In this document: piece by piece, positions 8,686 through 18,315 of the stretch
How positions within the stretch are numbered: the first letter of the stretch is position 1
How the letters are laid out: each line of letters begins with the position of its first letter
Origin: a virus
Taxonomy: Duplodnaviria; Caudoviricetes
IMG/VR virus record: IMGVR_UViG_2974670102_000001
Span: 1 to 64,000 of that record
Length of the DNA stretch: 64,000 bases
Reading direction: 5' to 3' (one strand)
Made by a program: the position numbers and the translations under genes
The notes under the pieces: generated by a model
The model's database searches: none
Told to the model about the DNA's origin: nothing
What the model saw: the letters and a program-made list of their open reading frames with translations, nothing else

Positions 8686-9123
8686 CTAGATGAGTGTCTG
8701 AGGATCGACGCCATGCGCCGCGCCTATGCGCTCGCGAGCGGCCCGGCTCGCCTCGTATTCCACGCGACAGAACTCGCTGAACTCGCGACCGACGAGGCGC
8801 GCGGCTATCGCCTCGTCCTGCCGTTCCTCGTATGCAGCGCGTTCGGGGCTTGCCGCATATTCTGCCTGAGCGGCGGCCCGTGCTTCTGTCGCGTGTTCGG
8901 CCTGCACGCGGTTCAATTCGATCCGTGCGCGTTCCGTGTTCAGCGTCAGGCACGACAGCGCGTAGAACAGGCTTTCCCCTGTCTCCGTCACGTCAACGCG
9001 CCACGTGCTCAGGTAGCCCGTGCGCCCGCAACAATCGCACTTGGTGACTGTTCCGGTCGGGCCAATGATTCGAAACCCCGTTTCCGCGATGGTGCGTGCG
9101 CGTTCTGCCTTTTCGTCGTCCAT
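8686..9123 (-). CDS. Cys-containing hypothetical protein
   Basis: 145 aa, RBS AAGGGG; CDCCGR...C possible Zn site. Confidence 0.75.
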   Translation of the reverse strand: MDDEKAERARTIAETGFRIIGPTGTVTKCDCCGRTGYLSTWRVDVTETGESLFYALSCLTLNTERARIELNRVQAEHATEARAAAQAEYAASPERAAYEERQDEAIAARLVGREFSEFCRVEYEASRAARERIGAAHGVDPQTLI

Positions 9124-9209
9124 AGCAATTCCCCTTTCCTGTGATTGGTGAGTGTGTCAATCTCAGTATAGGATGCACGCGCGAAAAGCAAAGGCGCACG
9201 TGATCCCGG

Positions 9210-9473
9210 CTAACCCTTATTCGTCATAACATGGAAATACAGGATTCCCCCAATGTCGGCACGCGGTGCGCGCGACTCGTAACGGCGTGTGAAGTGATTG
9301 TAATAAGTGCCTGAGACCATACGCGACTGATTGCTGTACATGCGAGCCAGACCCGCGTCAACTAGGGCACGCGCCGCCTGTGCCTGACGTGCGCCCACAA
9401 CCGGCACGCTATCGGCGTCGCCCCGCGCGTCTAACAGGGCCTGCATTGTCTTCGTGATCTTAACCATGCTCAA
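9210..9473 (-). CDS. hypothetical phage protein
   Basis: 87 aa, coupled to the upstream gene, RBS AAGGA. Confidence 0.6.
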   Translation of the reverse strand: MSMVKITKTMQALLDARGDADSVPVVGARQAQAARALVDAGLARMYSNQSRMVSGTYYNHFTRRYESRAPRADIGGILYFHVMTNKG

Positions 9474-9697
9474 TCCTTGTCCTGTGGCGCAAACGGGCTG
9501 ATTACTCGCCCCTCTTTTCCTGCCCGATACCCGCGTTTCAACCCTTGCACAAATCCCGAAACACAGGCACGAATGACGTGCATTCCAACATACACGGCGT
9601 TAGCACCTTCGCCCGCGATGCCCGCGCCGTTTGCGAGCATGCAGACGACGACAATTAGGGCGGCCCGACGCGCCCACTTACCCGCGCCCGGCTTCAC
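9470..9697 (-). CDS. hypothetical membrane or secreted protein
   Basis: GTGA coupling; hydrophobic AALIVVVCML. Confidence 0.55.
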   Translation of the reverse strand: MKPGAGKWARRAALIVVVCMLANGAGIAGEGANAVYVGMHVIRACVSGFVQGLKRGYRAGKEGRVISPFAPQDKD

Positions 9698-9873
9698 AGC
9701 GTGATATCAGGAAACACGCCCGGGCGTGCGGCTCGAACCTGCACAGCGGAACCGGGGAACATGACACGGCCAAGCCATGCGCCTGCCTCGTCGCCCGAGG
9801 CACAGCGGACAAGGCGCGTGCGCACCACGTTAGAGCCGTCGCGAATCACACAAAACCAGATATCCTTGTCCAT
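9694..9873 (-). CDS. small hypothetical protein (59 aa)
   Basis: Hand-translated MDKDIWFCVIRDGSNVVRTRL...; RBS AGGGA; first gene after the promoter at ~9910-9938. Confidence 0.6.
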   Translation of the reverse strand: MDKDIWFCVIRDGSNVVRTRLVRCASGDEAGAWLGRVMFPGSAVQVRAARPGVFPDITL

Positions 9874-10435
9874 CGTCCCTACCCCTTACCCTTCGTTGAC
9901 GGTAACGCTATCCTAATCCAGACAATCCGCCACGTCAACAATAACCCCTCGTTTCAGTCGGGTTTATTTCTGCACAGAAACCCCACACAATCCGGGGTTA
10001 TTCCCGTGCCCGGCTAACCACTCGCAGCACGCTACTTTCTTCATTATAAACACGCGCTACAGCCCCTTAAACGGGCCGCCTGTAGTTTCCCCTACCCATC
10101 AGTCAATCACGCGCACCGGGCCGCCTGAGCGCGTTCTCTGCGTCTATGCGTTCGTCAGGAATGCAGCGCAATGCGGGGCCCGGGCCCGGGCCATTGATCG
10201 GGAATCCTGACGATCCGGGCTCGCGCGATTAGATGATTCGCACTACCGACGAATGCGGTACTTGACGCGCTGCCCCGTCTGTGCCGTGTGCGATGCCCCG
10301 CCCGGGCCCCGCCCCATCCGGTTTTCGTTAGCACAACTAATCGCGCTCGTCAACTATACCCCCTCCCCCCATCCGGTTTTTAGCACCCCCTCCCCCTATC
10401 TGTGGTAGTAAGGTATCCTACCAAAACCCCGTTTT

Positions 10436-10552
10436 CGGGCCCGGGGTTTTTCGTGAAATAAACAGGGGGTCTAATTCGCGTGCGTAAGGTATCCCCCGGA
10501 TGCTGGGTGCGGGCCCGGGGTTTTTCGTGAAATAAACAGGGGGTCTAATTCG
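10436..10552. repeat. 43-bp perfect direct repeat (2 copies, 74-bp period)
   Basis: CGGGCCCGGGGTTTTTCGTGAAATAAACAGGGGGTCTAATTCG at 10436-10478 and 10510-10552. Confidence 0.9.
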
Positions 10553-10583
10553 TGTGCGGTGCGCGTGTGCCGCGTATAAACGG

Positions 10584-10616
10584 AAAAGGGGAACCCCTAT
10601 CATGCAGGTTCCCCTA
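10584..10616 (-). terminator. intrinsic terminator
   Basis: AGGGGAACC...GGTTCCCCT stem followed by TTTT on the minus strand. Confidence 0.65.
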
Positions 10617-10637
10617 TCTGGCGTGCGTGCTGTGTGT

Positions 10638-10934
10638 CTAGTCCGCTGCGCCTGCGTCTACGTGGTGCGATTCCACAAGCGTATGCCCGTGTTCTACTGC
10701 ATAGGCGCGCACCCGCTCGATTACGTGTTCAACGATCCAGCGTTCGGGGCCCTGTATCGTGAGCGTAACCCGGTTAGCCCATTGCTTAGAACGGACGTGC
10801 GCACCACAGGCCCGGGCTTCTGCGTGTACGTGATTCACGAACGCGCGGCGCGCATCCGCGAACGCGTTATCGTTGTCGGATACGCGATAGTGCATGGTCG
10901 CGCTATATGTTGCGGTGATGTTAATCACGATCAT
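10638..10934 (-). CDS. hypothetical phage protein
   Basis: Start MIVINIT, RBS GGGGG. Confidence 0.6.
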   Translation of the reverse strand: MIVINITATYSATMHYRVSDNDNAFADARRAFVNHVHAEARACGAHVRSKQWANRVTLTIQGPERWIVEHVIERVRAYAVEHGHTLVESHHVDAGAAD

Positions 10935-11184
10935 TTCCGCCCCCGTCGAATTCATGCCCCATATTCAGGGCATAGGCGGCGCGGGCCTCCCGTTCCCAGT
11001 CGGGGCTTAACGAATCCGTGCGCGTCGCACACACGATATCCTCGTCGTCTGCCTCAATATCACCCGCACAAAACGGGGCTAACTCATATACCCGTGCCGT
11101 GTCCCGGTTGTCTAGCAGCGATGCCGGGACGCACACGCTACCGTGTGTAGTTTCGAGTGCGAAATACTTGGTTTCCGTAACCAT
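10921..11184 (-). CDS. hypothetical protein; paralog of the N-terminus of 14476..15006
   Basis: Start MVTETKYF, RBS GGGGG; YF...T.HG...VPA shared. Confidence 0.65.
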   Translation of the reverse strand: MVTETKYFALETTHGSVCVPASLLDNRDTARVYELAPFCAGDIEADDEDIVCATRTDSLSPDWEREARAAYALNMGHEFDGGGNDRD

Positions 11185-11201
11185 ATCCGTTCCCCCGTGC
11201 T

Positions 11202-11387
11202 TTACTTGGTGAGTGCGTCGAGCCCGTAGAGCACGAACAACGTGAACAGCGTGCCACACATGATAGAGCCCATAATCACGGTCACGGGGCTGGATTTGTG
11301 GGCTTGTTGCGAACGCGGGTGCGGTGCCTGCGTGTACGCGCGCCTGATCTTTGCACGTTGCTCTGCGTTGCCGTATCCGTATTTCAT
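11202..11387 (-). CDS. small C-terminally anchored membrane protein
   Basis: Start MKYGYG; TM VIMGSIMCGTLFTLFVLYGL. Confidence 0.65.
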   Translation of the reverse strand: MKYGYGNAEQRAKIRRAYTQAPHPRSQQAHKSSPVTVIMGSIMCGTLFTLFVLYGLDALTK

Positions 11388-11470
11388 GGTCTTGTCCAAT
11401 GGGTTAGTTGATGTGGTGATTATGGGGGCTGGCTGCGCCCCCGTCAACTATACCCGTTTAGAGTGTGGGG

Positions 11471-12475
11471 TTATTCTGCTTTGTTCGCGACGAACGCGAG
11501 GGCCTGTACTTCTGCGGCCTGCACGCGTTTATACTCGGCTTCGCTGACAGCCCGGCCCCCGATCCGGATACGCGCCGGAAACTGGTTGAAAATCTCACCC
11601 CGAACACTCGTATTGATGATGATACGCTGGTTGATTACCACGCGTTGACCTACGGGCGTGCGGCCCGTCAACAGGAATTCGTAACCCGTGATCGATTGGA
11701 AAGCCGGGTCTTTCAGGTCGCCCGCCTTCGACATTACCTTGTGCTCTACGCTGTCACGCACGGCGCGGGCGTAGTCTGCGGCACGGGCGCGAAGGCGTTC
11801 GGCGTTGATCGAACCATCGCCATTCGTGCATGCGCGCAGTGTCGAGGCGTAGAATTTCGACCATGCCTTATCGCGGGCGATGCCAGCCAGCAGGGGCCCG
11901 AATTTTGCGACTGCCTGAGCGTGTCGCGCGCTCACGTAGTCTTCGAATTGTGCGACGAGCGCCGGGCCCTGTGCATCGAGTGCGGCGCGCACCACTTCCG
12001 ACAGAACGGGGGCGGACATGGTGCGTTCCACGTGTGCGCGCTGTGAGGTTGCGGCCCGCGTCTCGCGCTTCGCGATCCGGGCTTTTGCGGCCTTCAACGC
12101 GGCTTCAACCTCAATCCATTCCGCAAACAGGTGCACGGCCGTGCGTGCGATAGCGTGTCGGCCAGCGAGTGCGACGGCCGCCCGGTGCATGCGCTTCACA
12201 CTCGGCAGGTTCGACGCATCATAATACAGGTCTTGCAATTCGTCGGGGCGCGGGAACGCGAGCGCCAGATAGGGGGCGCGCACCGCCCATTCCATCAGGT
12301 TTTCATAGACGGTCGTGAGTTCCGCGCGCATTTCCTTGTAATCGACGGCGCGCATGCTATCGGTGCCGCAAAGCTGGGCGATACGCGAATCGAACGCGTT
12401 GATAGCACGTGCATTGTGCGGACGATCCGACAGCAGAATGCGGGCGAGTGCGGCGCGCGTGTTTTGCAGTTCCAT
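11471..12475 (-). CDS. hypothetical phage protein (334 aa)
   Basis: Start re-called at MELQNTR with RBS GAAGGGG; the ORF-track N-terminus derives from the -35 TTG. Confidence 0.85.
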   Translation of the reverse strand: MELQNTRAALARILLSDRPHNARAINAFDSRIAQLCGTDSMRAVDYKEMRAELTTVYENLMEWAVRAPYLALAFPRPDELQDLYYDASNLPSVKRMHRAAVALAGRHAIARTAVHLFAEWIEVEAALKAAKARIAKRETRAATSQRAHVERTMSAPVLSEVVRAALDAQGPALVAQFEDYVSARHAQAVAKFGPLLAGIARDKAWSKFYASTLRACTNGDGSINAERLRARAADYARAVRDSVEHKVMSKAGDLKDPAFQSITGYEFLLTGRTPVGQRVVINQRIIINTSVRGEIFNQFPARIRIGGRAVSEAEYKRVQAAEVQALAFVANKAE

Positions 12476-12707
12476 GGTCTTTCCCCTTCCGGGTTCGTTG
12501 AGCGTGGACAAATAGTAACAGCCCCTTAGAGGGGCCGTCAACAATAACCGACTAAATTAGTCGGTCTTTATCCTGTGCTAACCGTCTTCTGCACGATAGC
12601 CCCGATCCAGTCGGCCGGAATCACGCTGACGGTGCGTGTCACGTCCCCCGCTTCGTCTTCCGATCCGGTCTGTACCGTATGCGTCAGGGGCCGGGGCCCC
12701 CATCCCC

Positions 12708-13217
12708 TTACGCTGCGCGGGCCAGCAGACCGGCCAGCAGACCCGAGCGCGGGGCCGTGCGGCGGTTCTGGGTGCGCGCCATCGCACGCTTGACCATGCG
12801 CCGGGCCGTGCGCGACAGTGCGGCCGGTTCCGGTTGCGTTTCCTGTGCGGCCTTCGCGTCGAGCGCGGCGCGCGCTTCGTCGGTCGTCGTGCCTTCCGGA
12901 ACGATCACGTTTTGCAGCGTTGCCAGCTTCGCGACCGGCGCGGCCTTCGGCTCGCGTTCAGCCTTCGGGGCTTCGACGGCCGGGGCCTCGTCGGCTTCGA
13001 AGTTTTCCGGACGGCTCACGCTGAACGTGACACCCGAGCCCGCGACCGTGAACGTATGCGATTCGTCGTCGGTCACGGTCGAGGTTGCGGCTTCACGTGC
13101 GACGCTGCGCGACAGGCCCAGCGCCATCATTGCCTTGACGGCCGCTTCTTTCGACGTGAACGCTTCGACGTTGCCGTTTGCAGCCGTGCGGATCGCGATG
13201 ATGTTTGCCTTTGCCAT
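12708..13217 (-). CDS. Ala-rich hypothetical protein
   Basis: Start MAKANII, RBS GGAG; basic C-terminus. Confidence 0.75.
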   Translation of the reverse strand: MAKANIIAIRTAANGNVEAFTSKEAAVKAMMALGLSRSVAREAATSTVTDDESHTFTVAGSGVTFSVSRPENFEADEAPAVEAPKAEREPKAAPVAKLATLQNVIVPEGTTTDEARAALDAKAAQETQPEPAALSRTARRMVKRAMARTQNRRTAPRSGLLAGLLARAA

Positions 13218-13364
13218 TTTCAAATCTCCGTTTGGTGAGAGTGTGCTACGTGGTTAAGTGGGTGTTGCGTGATTCGTTAAGACAGATTGTAGGGGACTAA
13301 ATTTTGTACGTCAACTAATCCCCTTCAATTTGTGGGGTCTTTTTCGCAGACCCCGGCGCGTTCG

Positions 13365-13622
13365 TTATTGCCAGCAGCGCGAGACGGTGCCAGACACGTA
13401 CATCGTGAGCGTGTTATCGTCAAACGCCCGGGAAAACTTGTAAGCCACGTCCCCCAGAAGGGCCGAACCGGTCGCCCGAATGCTCAACATTTCGTTGAAG
13501 CCTTCCGCATCGGCCCCGATCATTTCGTGAGCGGATACGCAAACGAGCACATTGATTCGACCATTTTCGTCTACGCTCGTCGTCGTGCCGTTCGGCAGGG
13601 TAATCAGTTCACGCATTTTCAT
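13365..13622 (-). CDS. hypothetical phage protein
   Basis: 85 aa, single-gene unit between two 27-bp elements. Confidence 0.7.
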   Translation of the reverse strand: MKMRELITLPNGTTTSVDENGRINVLVCVSAHEMIGADAEGFNEMLSIRATGSALLGDVAYKFSRAFDDNTLTMYVSGTVSRCWQ

Positions 13623-13738
13623 TCCCTAGTTGTGTTGCGTTAATCGATGAAGCAGATTGTAGGGCAATCATTTCCGCCCGTCAACAATACCCCTACAATT
13701 TGCGGGGTCTTTACGGCAGACCCCGGGGCCGGTGCGCG

Positions 13739-14335
13739 TTAGATCGCGCGGATGACTTGATAGCCCAGTTTCGACAGGCGGTCGATGCCCCCGACCGTAT
13801 ACAGGCTCGTATAGTGGCCGGTCTGGCGGTCGCCTGCCCAGTTCGCAAACTGCATGCCCAGTTTGTCGGCCTTGTCGCGCCACTCTGCATGGAATTCACG
13901 CATGCGCGCGTCGTCCGCGCCCTGTGCCGTCAGTGCCCTGTGAACCTTGAGGTAGGACGCGAGCATGCGTTCGGTGGACGGGTTGCGGCTGCTGTGGTCG
14001 TACAGGGTAACGCCGTCGATAACCATCCCGCGCATCGCCGCCACTACCTTGTCATAGCCGCCCCCGCCTGCCCGGCCCTGTTGGCATTGCATCGCGTCGA
14101 ACGAGCGGGCGTGTTCCGGCTTGCCGTACACGAACGTTTCGCCTTTCTTCAGGCCCCCGACCGCGCGCATGCTCCGGAACGTGGCATCGTCCGACGTGTG
14201 AAACACGTCAACCGTAACGGTTCCGCTATCAGCGTAATGTGCATGGATGGTCGCGACGTGGACACCCCGACGATTGAGGATGACCCATGCGCTGATACTG
14301 CGCCCGGCCGCCGTTTCTCGTACTTGCTTTGCCAT
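13739..14335 (-). CDS. hypothetical phage protein (G.AGGGGYDK motif)
   Basis: Start MAKQVRE, RBS GGAG. Confidence 0.8.
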   Translation of the reverse strand: MAKQVRETAAGRSISAWVILNRRGVHVATIHAHYADSGTVTVDVFHTSDDATFRSMRAVGGLKKGETFVYGKPEHARSFDAMQCQQGRAGGGGYDKVVAAMRGMVIDGVTLYDHSSRNPSTERMLASYLKVHRALTAQGADDARMREFHAEWRDKADKLGMQFANWAGDRQTGHYTSLYTVGGIDRLSKLGYQVIRAI

Positions 14336-14446
14336 GATGCTAACTCCGTTTGGTTTGTGCTGCGTTGTGTGAATCGATGTATGAATTATGCCCGCGTCTT
14401 TTTGGCCCGTCAACAGTACCCGAGTATTTTAGTCGGGTATTGTGAC

Positions 14447-14469
14447 AAAAGAAGGGGCCCGTAGGCCCC
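14447..14469 (-). terminator. intrinsic terminator
   Basis: GGGGCCTACGGGCCCCTTCTTTT on the minus strand. Confidence 0.7.
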
Positions 14470-14475
14470 AGCGCA

Positions 14476-15006
14476 TCAGACGATTACACCCCGATCCGTG
14501 ATCGCGTAGCATTCGCGCACGTCGTTACCCAGAAACCCGACGACGAACGTAACGCGGTCGGTGTCCTGCCCCTCCCGTTCGACGTACAGGGTGCATCGCA
14601 TTTCCCGGCCGTCGCGCGTCCACGAACCGCACGACGCGACACGCCAGCCCCGCATATCGTAGGATTCGCGCGCCTCGTCCGCGCGTTCGGTGCGCGTATC
14701 CTCGTCATACTCGAATTCCGCGTCATACGTATCCGCGAGATATTCGCGGGCTTCTTTCTCCGTCGCGTGCACCGTCCAATCGGTACGGTCGAGATAGCCC
14801 GGGGCCGTCATCCGCGCCAGCCAGCCGTCGCGCGGCTCGATTACCTCGTCGGCGTCATAGGGCTTCCCCTCCAGATAGTTCGCGAACGCTTCGACGTGCG
14901 TTCCGACCGTGCGCCCGATAACGTCGGCCGGGACAATCTCCGTCCCGTGATCGGTGTCGATGCTGAAGTATTGACCGAATTCGACATGCGGAATCATGTG
15001 TGACAT
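14476..15006 (-). CDS. acidic two-domain hypothetical protein
   Basis: Start MSHMIPH, RBS GAGGGG; GWLARMTAPGYLDRTDW motif. Confidence 0.8.
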   Translation of the reverse strand: MSHMIPHVEFGQYFSIDTDHGTEIVPADVIGRTVGTHVEAFANYLEGKPYDADEVIEPRDGWLARMTAPGYLDRTDWTVHATEKEAREYLADTYDAEFEYDEDTRTERADEARESYDMRGWRVASCGSWTRDGREMRCTLYVEREGQDTDRVTFVVGFLGNDVRECYAITDRGVIV

Positions 15007-15048
15007 GGTGCGCCCCTCTAGGCTTGGTGTTGCGTTGAAAGTGAGACT

Positions 15049-15078
15049 ATTGTATGCGGGCCCGTGTAGGCCCGTCAA
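15049..15078 (-). promoter_or_regulatory. sigma70-like early promoter with hairpin spacer
   Basis: TTGACG-GGCCTACACGGGCCCGCA-TACAAT; identical copy at ~24652-24681. Confidence 0.75.
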
Positions 15079-15104
15079 CAATAAACCCCTTGCGTGTAGG
15101 GTTA

Positions 15105-15647
15105 TTACAGAACCAGTGTTCCGTTATTGATGAGGTAAGACCCGATTGCGGCAACCCGGCCGCGCGCTTGCGCGTCCTTTCGCAGTTCGTGCAGTTCGTC
15201 GGGTTCCATGCTCGTGAGAATGCGCGCCGCCATGGTTTCGGCCGCGTGCACTTCGCGATCTTCGGATTCTGCGACAGCGCGCAGCATGTCGGCCACTTCT
15301 ACCATGTGCCACTTGGCGCGCAGCACGCCCGCGATATCCTGTTCCGTAATTTCGGGCAGATTAACGAGGTCGAGCGGATCGGCCGTGCATGAGGCAAAAA
15401 GCACGCCGTCGGCCGTGTGCAGGGTGACGCTGCGCAGACTCTGCCCCTTGAGCACGCGCCCGAGCGTGTCGGGCAGGGACGTAACGCAGACCGCATAGAG
15501 CGCGGCGTCCGGGCTCGCGACAATGACGATAGATGAATTCTTGTCCATCGCCTTTTTGAAACCCGTTTGCATCAGGTCAACGCATGCGCCTTCGCCAATC
15601 GAGCGGCCCGCATTGTGAATTTTGATTGCGTGCATGATAGTTCCCAT
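15105..15647 (-). CDS. hypothetical phage protein
   Basis: 180 aa (start may be 15635); single-gene unit. Confidence 0.75.
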   Translation of the reverse strand: MGTIMHAIKIHNAGRSIGEGACVDLMQTGFKKAMDKNSSIVIVASPDAALYAVCVTSLPDTLGRVLKGQSLRSVTLHTADGVLFASCTADPLDLVNLPEITEQDIAGVLRAKWHMVEVADMLRAVAESEDREVHAAETMAARILTSMEPDELHELRKDAQARGRVAAIGSYLINNGTLVL

Positions 15648-15733
15648 GTGAGTGATGAATCGATGAGTGAATTATGCGCCCTTGTCTTCAGCCCGTCAAC
15701 AATACCTGAGTAAAGCAGTCGGGTATTGGTGCC

Positions 15734-15758
15734 AAAGAAAAGGGGCCTAGGCCCCTTC
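15734..15758 (-). terminator. intrinsic terminator
   Basis: AAGGGGCCTAGGCCCCTTTTCTTT. Confidence 0.75.
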
Positions 15759-15760
15759 CC

Positions 15761-16567
15761 TCAATTAACGGCAGTCGGTCGCGTGATAACCGTCTGTTTC
15801 AGGTCGTTATAGAGTTTGTGCTCTTTGACTGCGGCCCGGACGTGTACGCGGTCGCCTTCCGCGCGGAACAGTCGGCAATTGCCCTTGTGAACAACCGTAG
15901 CCCCCGACACGTCGCGCATGATCGTAAGGTAGCAGGGGCCAAACGAACCGAACGCGGCCCCCGTGTCGAGTGTGAAGATTTTTTGAATGGTCATTTCGAA
16001 TTCACGACGTTCCCCGACGGTGCCAAGGTATGCCGCGTTTTGCACCTGCTCGGCGCGGGCGCGAAGGCGCAAGACGGATGCTTGCGCGGCTTCTGCCTGT
16101 GGCCCTGTCAGGTAACCCCATTGTTCAAGCTTGCCAGCAAGCGACGACAGAAACTCGTTGTCCGCGAATTCATCGAGCATGCCCGCGAGCCCCGGATATT
16201 CGGCGTCGAATGCTGCGCGCTTGTCGGCCTTCGCGGCTTCGCGTTCGGCGTCCCGGGCCGCCTGTTCGGCCGCGCGCTTTTCCTGCGCCTTAGCTTGGCG
16301 CTTGGTTGCGGACGCAACCAGCTTTGCGAGGCGTTCGCCCGTGTAGACTTTCGTCAGGGCCGGGGTGCCTTGACCCGAACCCCCGCACTCGTAACACGTG
16401 TAACCCGTGTACGCCCATGCGTTCGAACGCCCGGCCCCGCCGCAACGATGGCACTTGCGGGGTTTGTAGAACGAGCCCGAGCCCTTAGCCGGGTCATAGT
16501 TCGTCGGAATCAGGCCCGCGTATGCCGTGCCGTCGCGGTAGAAAAGAGCGGGCTTTGCTTGTTCCAT
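15761..16567 (-). CDS. DnaJ-type Zn-finger plus C-terminal OB-fold-like nucleic-acid-binding protein
   Basis: CHRCGGAG and CYECGGSG (CxxCxGxG x2), coiled coil, GTVGERREFEMTI...KQTVITRP beta domain; start MEQAKP. Confidence 0.7.
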   Translation of the reverse strand: MEQAKPALFYRDGTAYAGLIPTNYDPAKGSGSFYKPRKCHRCGGAGRSNAWAYTGYTCYECGGSGQGTPALTKVYTGERLAKLVASATKRQAKAQEKRAAEQAARDAEREAAKADKRAAFDAEYPGLAGMLDEFADNEFLSSLAGKLEQWGYLTGPQAEAAQASVLRLRARAEQVQNAAYLGTVGERREFEMTIQKIFTLDTGAAFGSFGPCYLTIMRDVSGATVVHKGNCRLFRAEGDRVHVRAAVKEHKLYNDLKQTVITRPTAVN

Positions 16568-16653
16568 CGTTGCACCTGTTTGGTTAGTCGATGGACAAAT
16601 AATAACGGGCCCCGAAAGGCCCGTCAACAATACCCGACTAAATCGCGGGGTCT

Positions 16654-17343
16654 TTACAGCACGTCCTTAAATTCGTCGTTCAGTCGCTTACGCTGGGCGC
16701 GCAGTTTCTCGATATGGTTACGCGTTTCTTCGCGCCAGATACCGGGGGCATTGCGCACGATCCAAAGGTCGCGCACACGCTGTTCCGTTTCTTCGATATC
16801 GGATTCGAGCCGTCGGGCCGCTTGCCATTTCGCGTCGTATTCCCGTTCGTCTTCCGCGTAGACGCACGCATGCGAATCGGCGTCCGCTGCGGCAGCGCGG
16901 TCACTGTCATAGACAGTCGTGAACACGACGTGTCCATCGTTGTCTGACGTGGTGTAACCCGCGAGATAACGGCCGTGCGTCAGGCGCACAAAGAACGGAC
17001 GCGCTACCTCCGTTCCGTCTTCGTCCGTGAACCATCCTTTGTGGCTGACGTAAGTGCGTCCCGAGCGCGGGTTTTCCGTTTCGTCCAGATAGCACACGCG
17101 GCCGGGCAGCGCGTCATCGTCAAATGTCGAATAGATATCGATCTTGCGGCCGTATTCCGTGTTGTAGCCCGCGCGCAGGCCCGAGTCGTTCGACAGGAAA
17201 TTTCCGAACCGGGCCGAACGCCAATCGATGAGTCGGCCGCCCTTCCCAGCGTTCACCTTGGCATTGTGGGATTCCACGTAGCCGCGAAGGTACGCGAGCC
17301 GCTTCCGTGCGCCAATGCGAAGGTTGCGATAGGTAGTGTTCAT
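16654..17343 (-). CDS. hypothetical phage protein
   Basis: 229 aa; C-terminal coiled coil; stop overlaps a 27-bp element. Confidence 0.8.
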   Translation of the reverse strand: MNTTYRNLRIGARKRLAYLRGYVESHNAKVNAGKGGRLIDWRSARFGNFLSNDSGLRAGYNTEYGRKIDIYSTFDDDALPGRVCYLDETENPRSGRTYVSHKGWFTDEDGTEVARPFFVRLTHGRYLAGYTTSDNDGHVVFTTVYDSDRAAAADADSHACVYAEDEREYDAKWQAARRLESDIEETEQRVRDLWIVRNAPGIWREETRNHIEKLRAQRKRLNDEFKDVL

Positions 17344-17477
17344 AATCGAATCCGTTTAGTTAATCCCGCGTCGCGCGGTATGAAAAGGATTGTACGCGTC
17401 TTATTCCCTGCGTCAACAATAACCCCGCGCAATGAGGGGTTATTGTTGAAGCACTCCGTAGAGTGCGGGCCGCGTCG

Positions 17478-17675
17478 TTAGCTCAGGCGATACGGCTGCG
17501 GGCGCAAAATCAGGTGCGAGCCGAACGCCATAACCAGATAGCCCGGGCCATACAGCAGAGCCTTAGCGGCCCCGAAAACGAGCGGCGGGGCCTGCACAAA
17601 GCACGTCGAGTAAACTGCAAACCCGACGACGATCAACAGCAGATTGAGCGCGTTCTCACGAATCCAGTATTTCAT
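17478..17675 (-). CDS. two-TM membrane protein
   Basis: Start MKYWIRE, RBS AAGGGG; two hydrophobic segments. Confidence 0.7.
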   Translation of the reverse strand: MKYWIRENALNLLLIVVGFAVYSTCFVQAPPLVFGAAKALLYGPGYLVMAFGSHLILRPQPYRLS

Positions 17676-17685
17676 TTCGTTCCCC

Positions 17686-18144
17686 TTAGTTGAAGTAATC
17701 GCGGGCCTGCGCCTTCGCGAAGCGTTCAAGCGACGCATTACCGCGCAGCTTAATAGTTACGTCGCTGTCGCGCATGCACTCACGTGCGAGCGTGTCCCGC
17801 TTGCCGATCCGCACAACGTCGGATTGTTCAGTGTCGTATTGACCGTAAGCGACGCAGGCATCGATGAGAGTGGCCCAGTATTCATCAGTTTCGTATTCCG
17901 GGGCATCGTCTTCGCGACCGATTGCCGACAACACGTCGCGTTCGCGTGGCGTCCCGTGATCGGGGAACGTGACAGACAGCCGCTCAATCCAAAACTCGTT
18001 GTCCGCTAACCCGGCTTCAGAGCACGGGGTAATGCGCAGCACGTTTGCATAACCCCAGCCCCGGCGCGCACGGTCGAGTTCGTAGAAGTAGCCGCCATAC
18101 TCGATATTGATATCGCCGTGATAAAGAACCTGCGTGCGTTTCAT
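17686..18144 (-). CDS. hypothetical phage protein
   Basis: 152 aa, RBS GGGG; GDINIEYGG motif. Confidence 0.8.
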   Translation of the reverse strand: MKRTQVLYHGDINIEYGGYFYELDRARRGWGYANVLRITPCSEAGLADNEFWIERLSVTFPDHGTPRERDVLSAIGREDDAPEYETDEYWATLIDACVAYGQYDTEQSDVVRIGKRDTLARECMRDSDVTIKLRGNASLERFAKAQARDYFN

Positions 18145-18239
18145 GATGTGCCCCGTTAGGCGTTGTCGATGTGTGAAGTATGCCCGGGCCCGCGAGGCGC
18201 GTCAACAGTACCTGAGTATTTTAGTCGGGTATTGCTGCC

Positions 18240-18263
18240 AAAGAAAAGGGGCCTAGGCCCCTT
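18240..18263 (-). terminator. intrinsic terminator
   Basis: AAGGGGCCTAGGCCCCTTTTCTTT. Confidence 0.75.
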
Positions 18264-18315
18264 CCCTGTCACTTCCTGCCCGTACCGCTTGCGCGGGGCG
18301 GTCTCACGCCATACA
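18240..18315 (-). ncRNA. candidate ~75-nt small RNA
   Basis: Near-consensus promoter TTGACA-N17-TACAAT (18321-18349) followed by two small hairpins and a terminator, with no ORF. Confidence 0.5.

Noticed and set aside
12578-12703. 41-aa Gly/Arg/Asp-rich ORF with an AAGGGG RBS
   Set aside because: Plausible but low-complexity and unsupported, so it was not called
15761-16567. DnaJ chaperone
   Set aside because: Only two CxxCxGxG repeats and no J-domain HPD motif; it is better described as a Zn-finger/OB-fold protein
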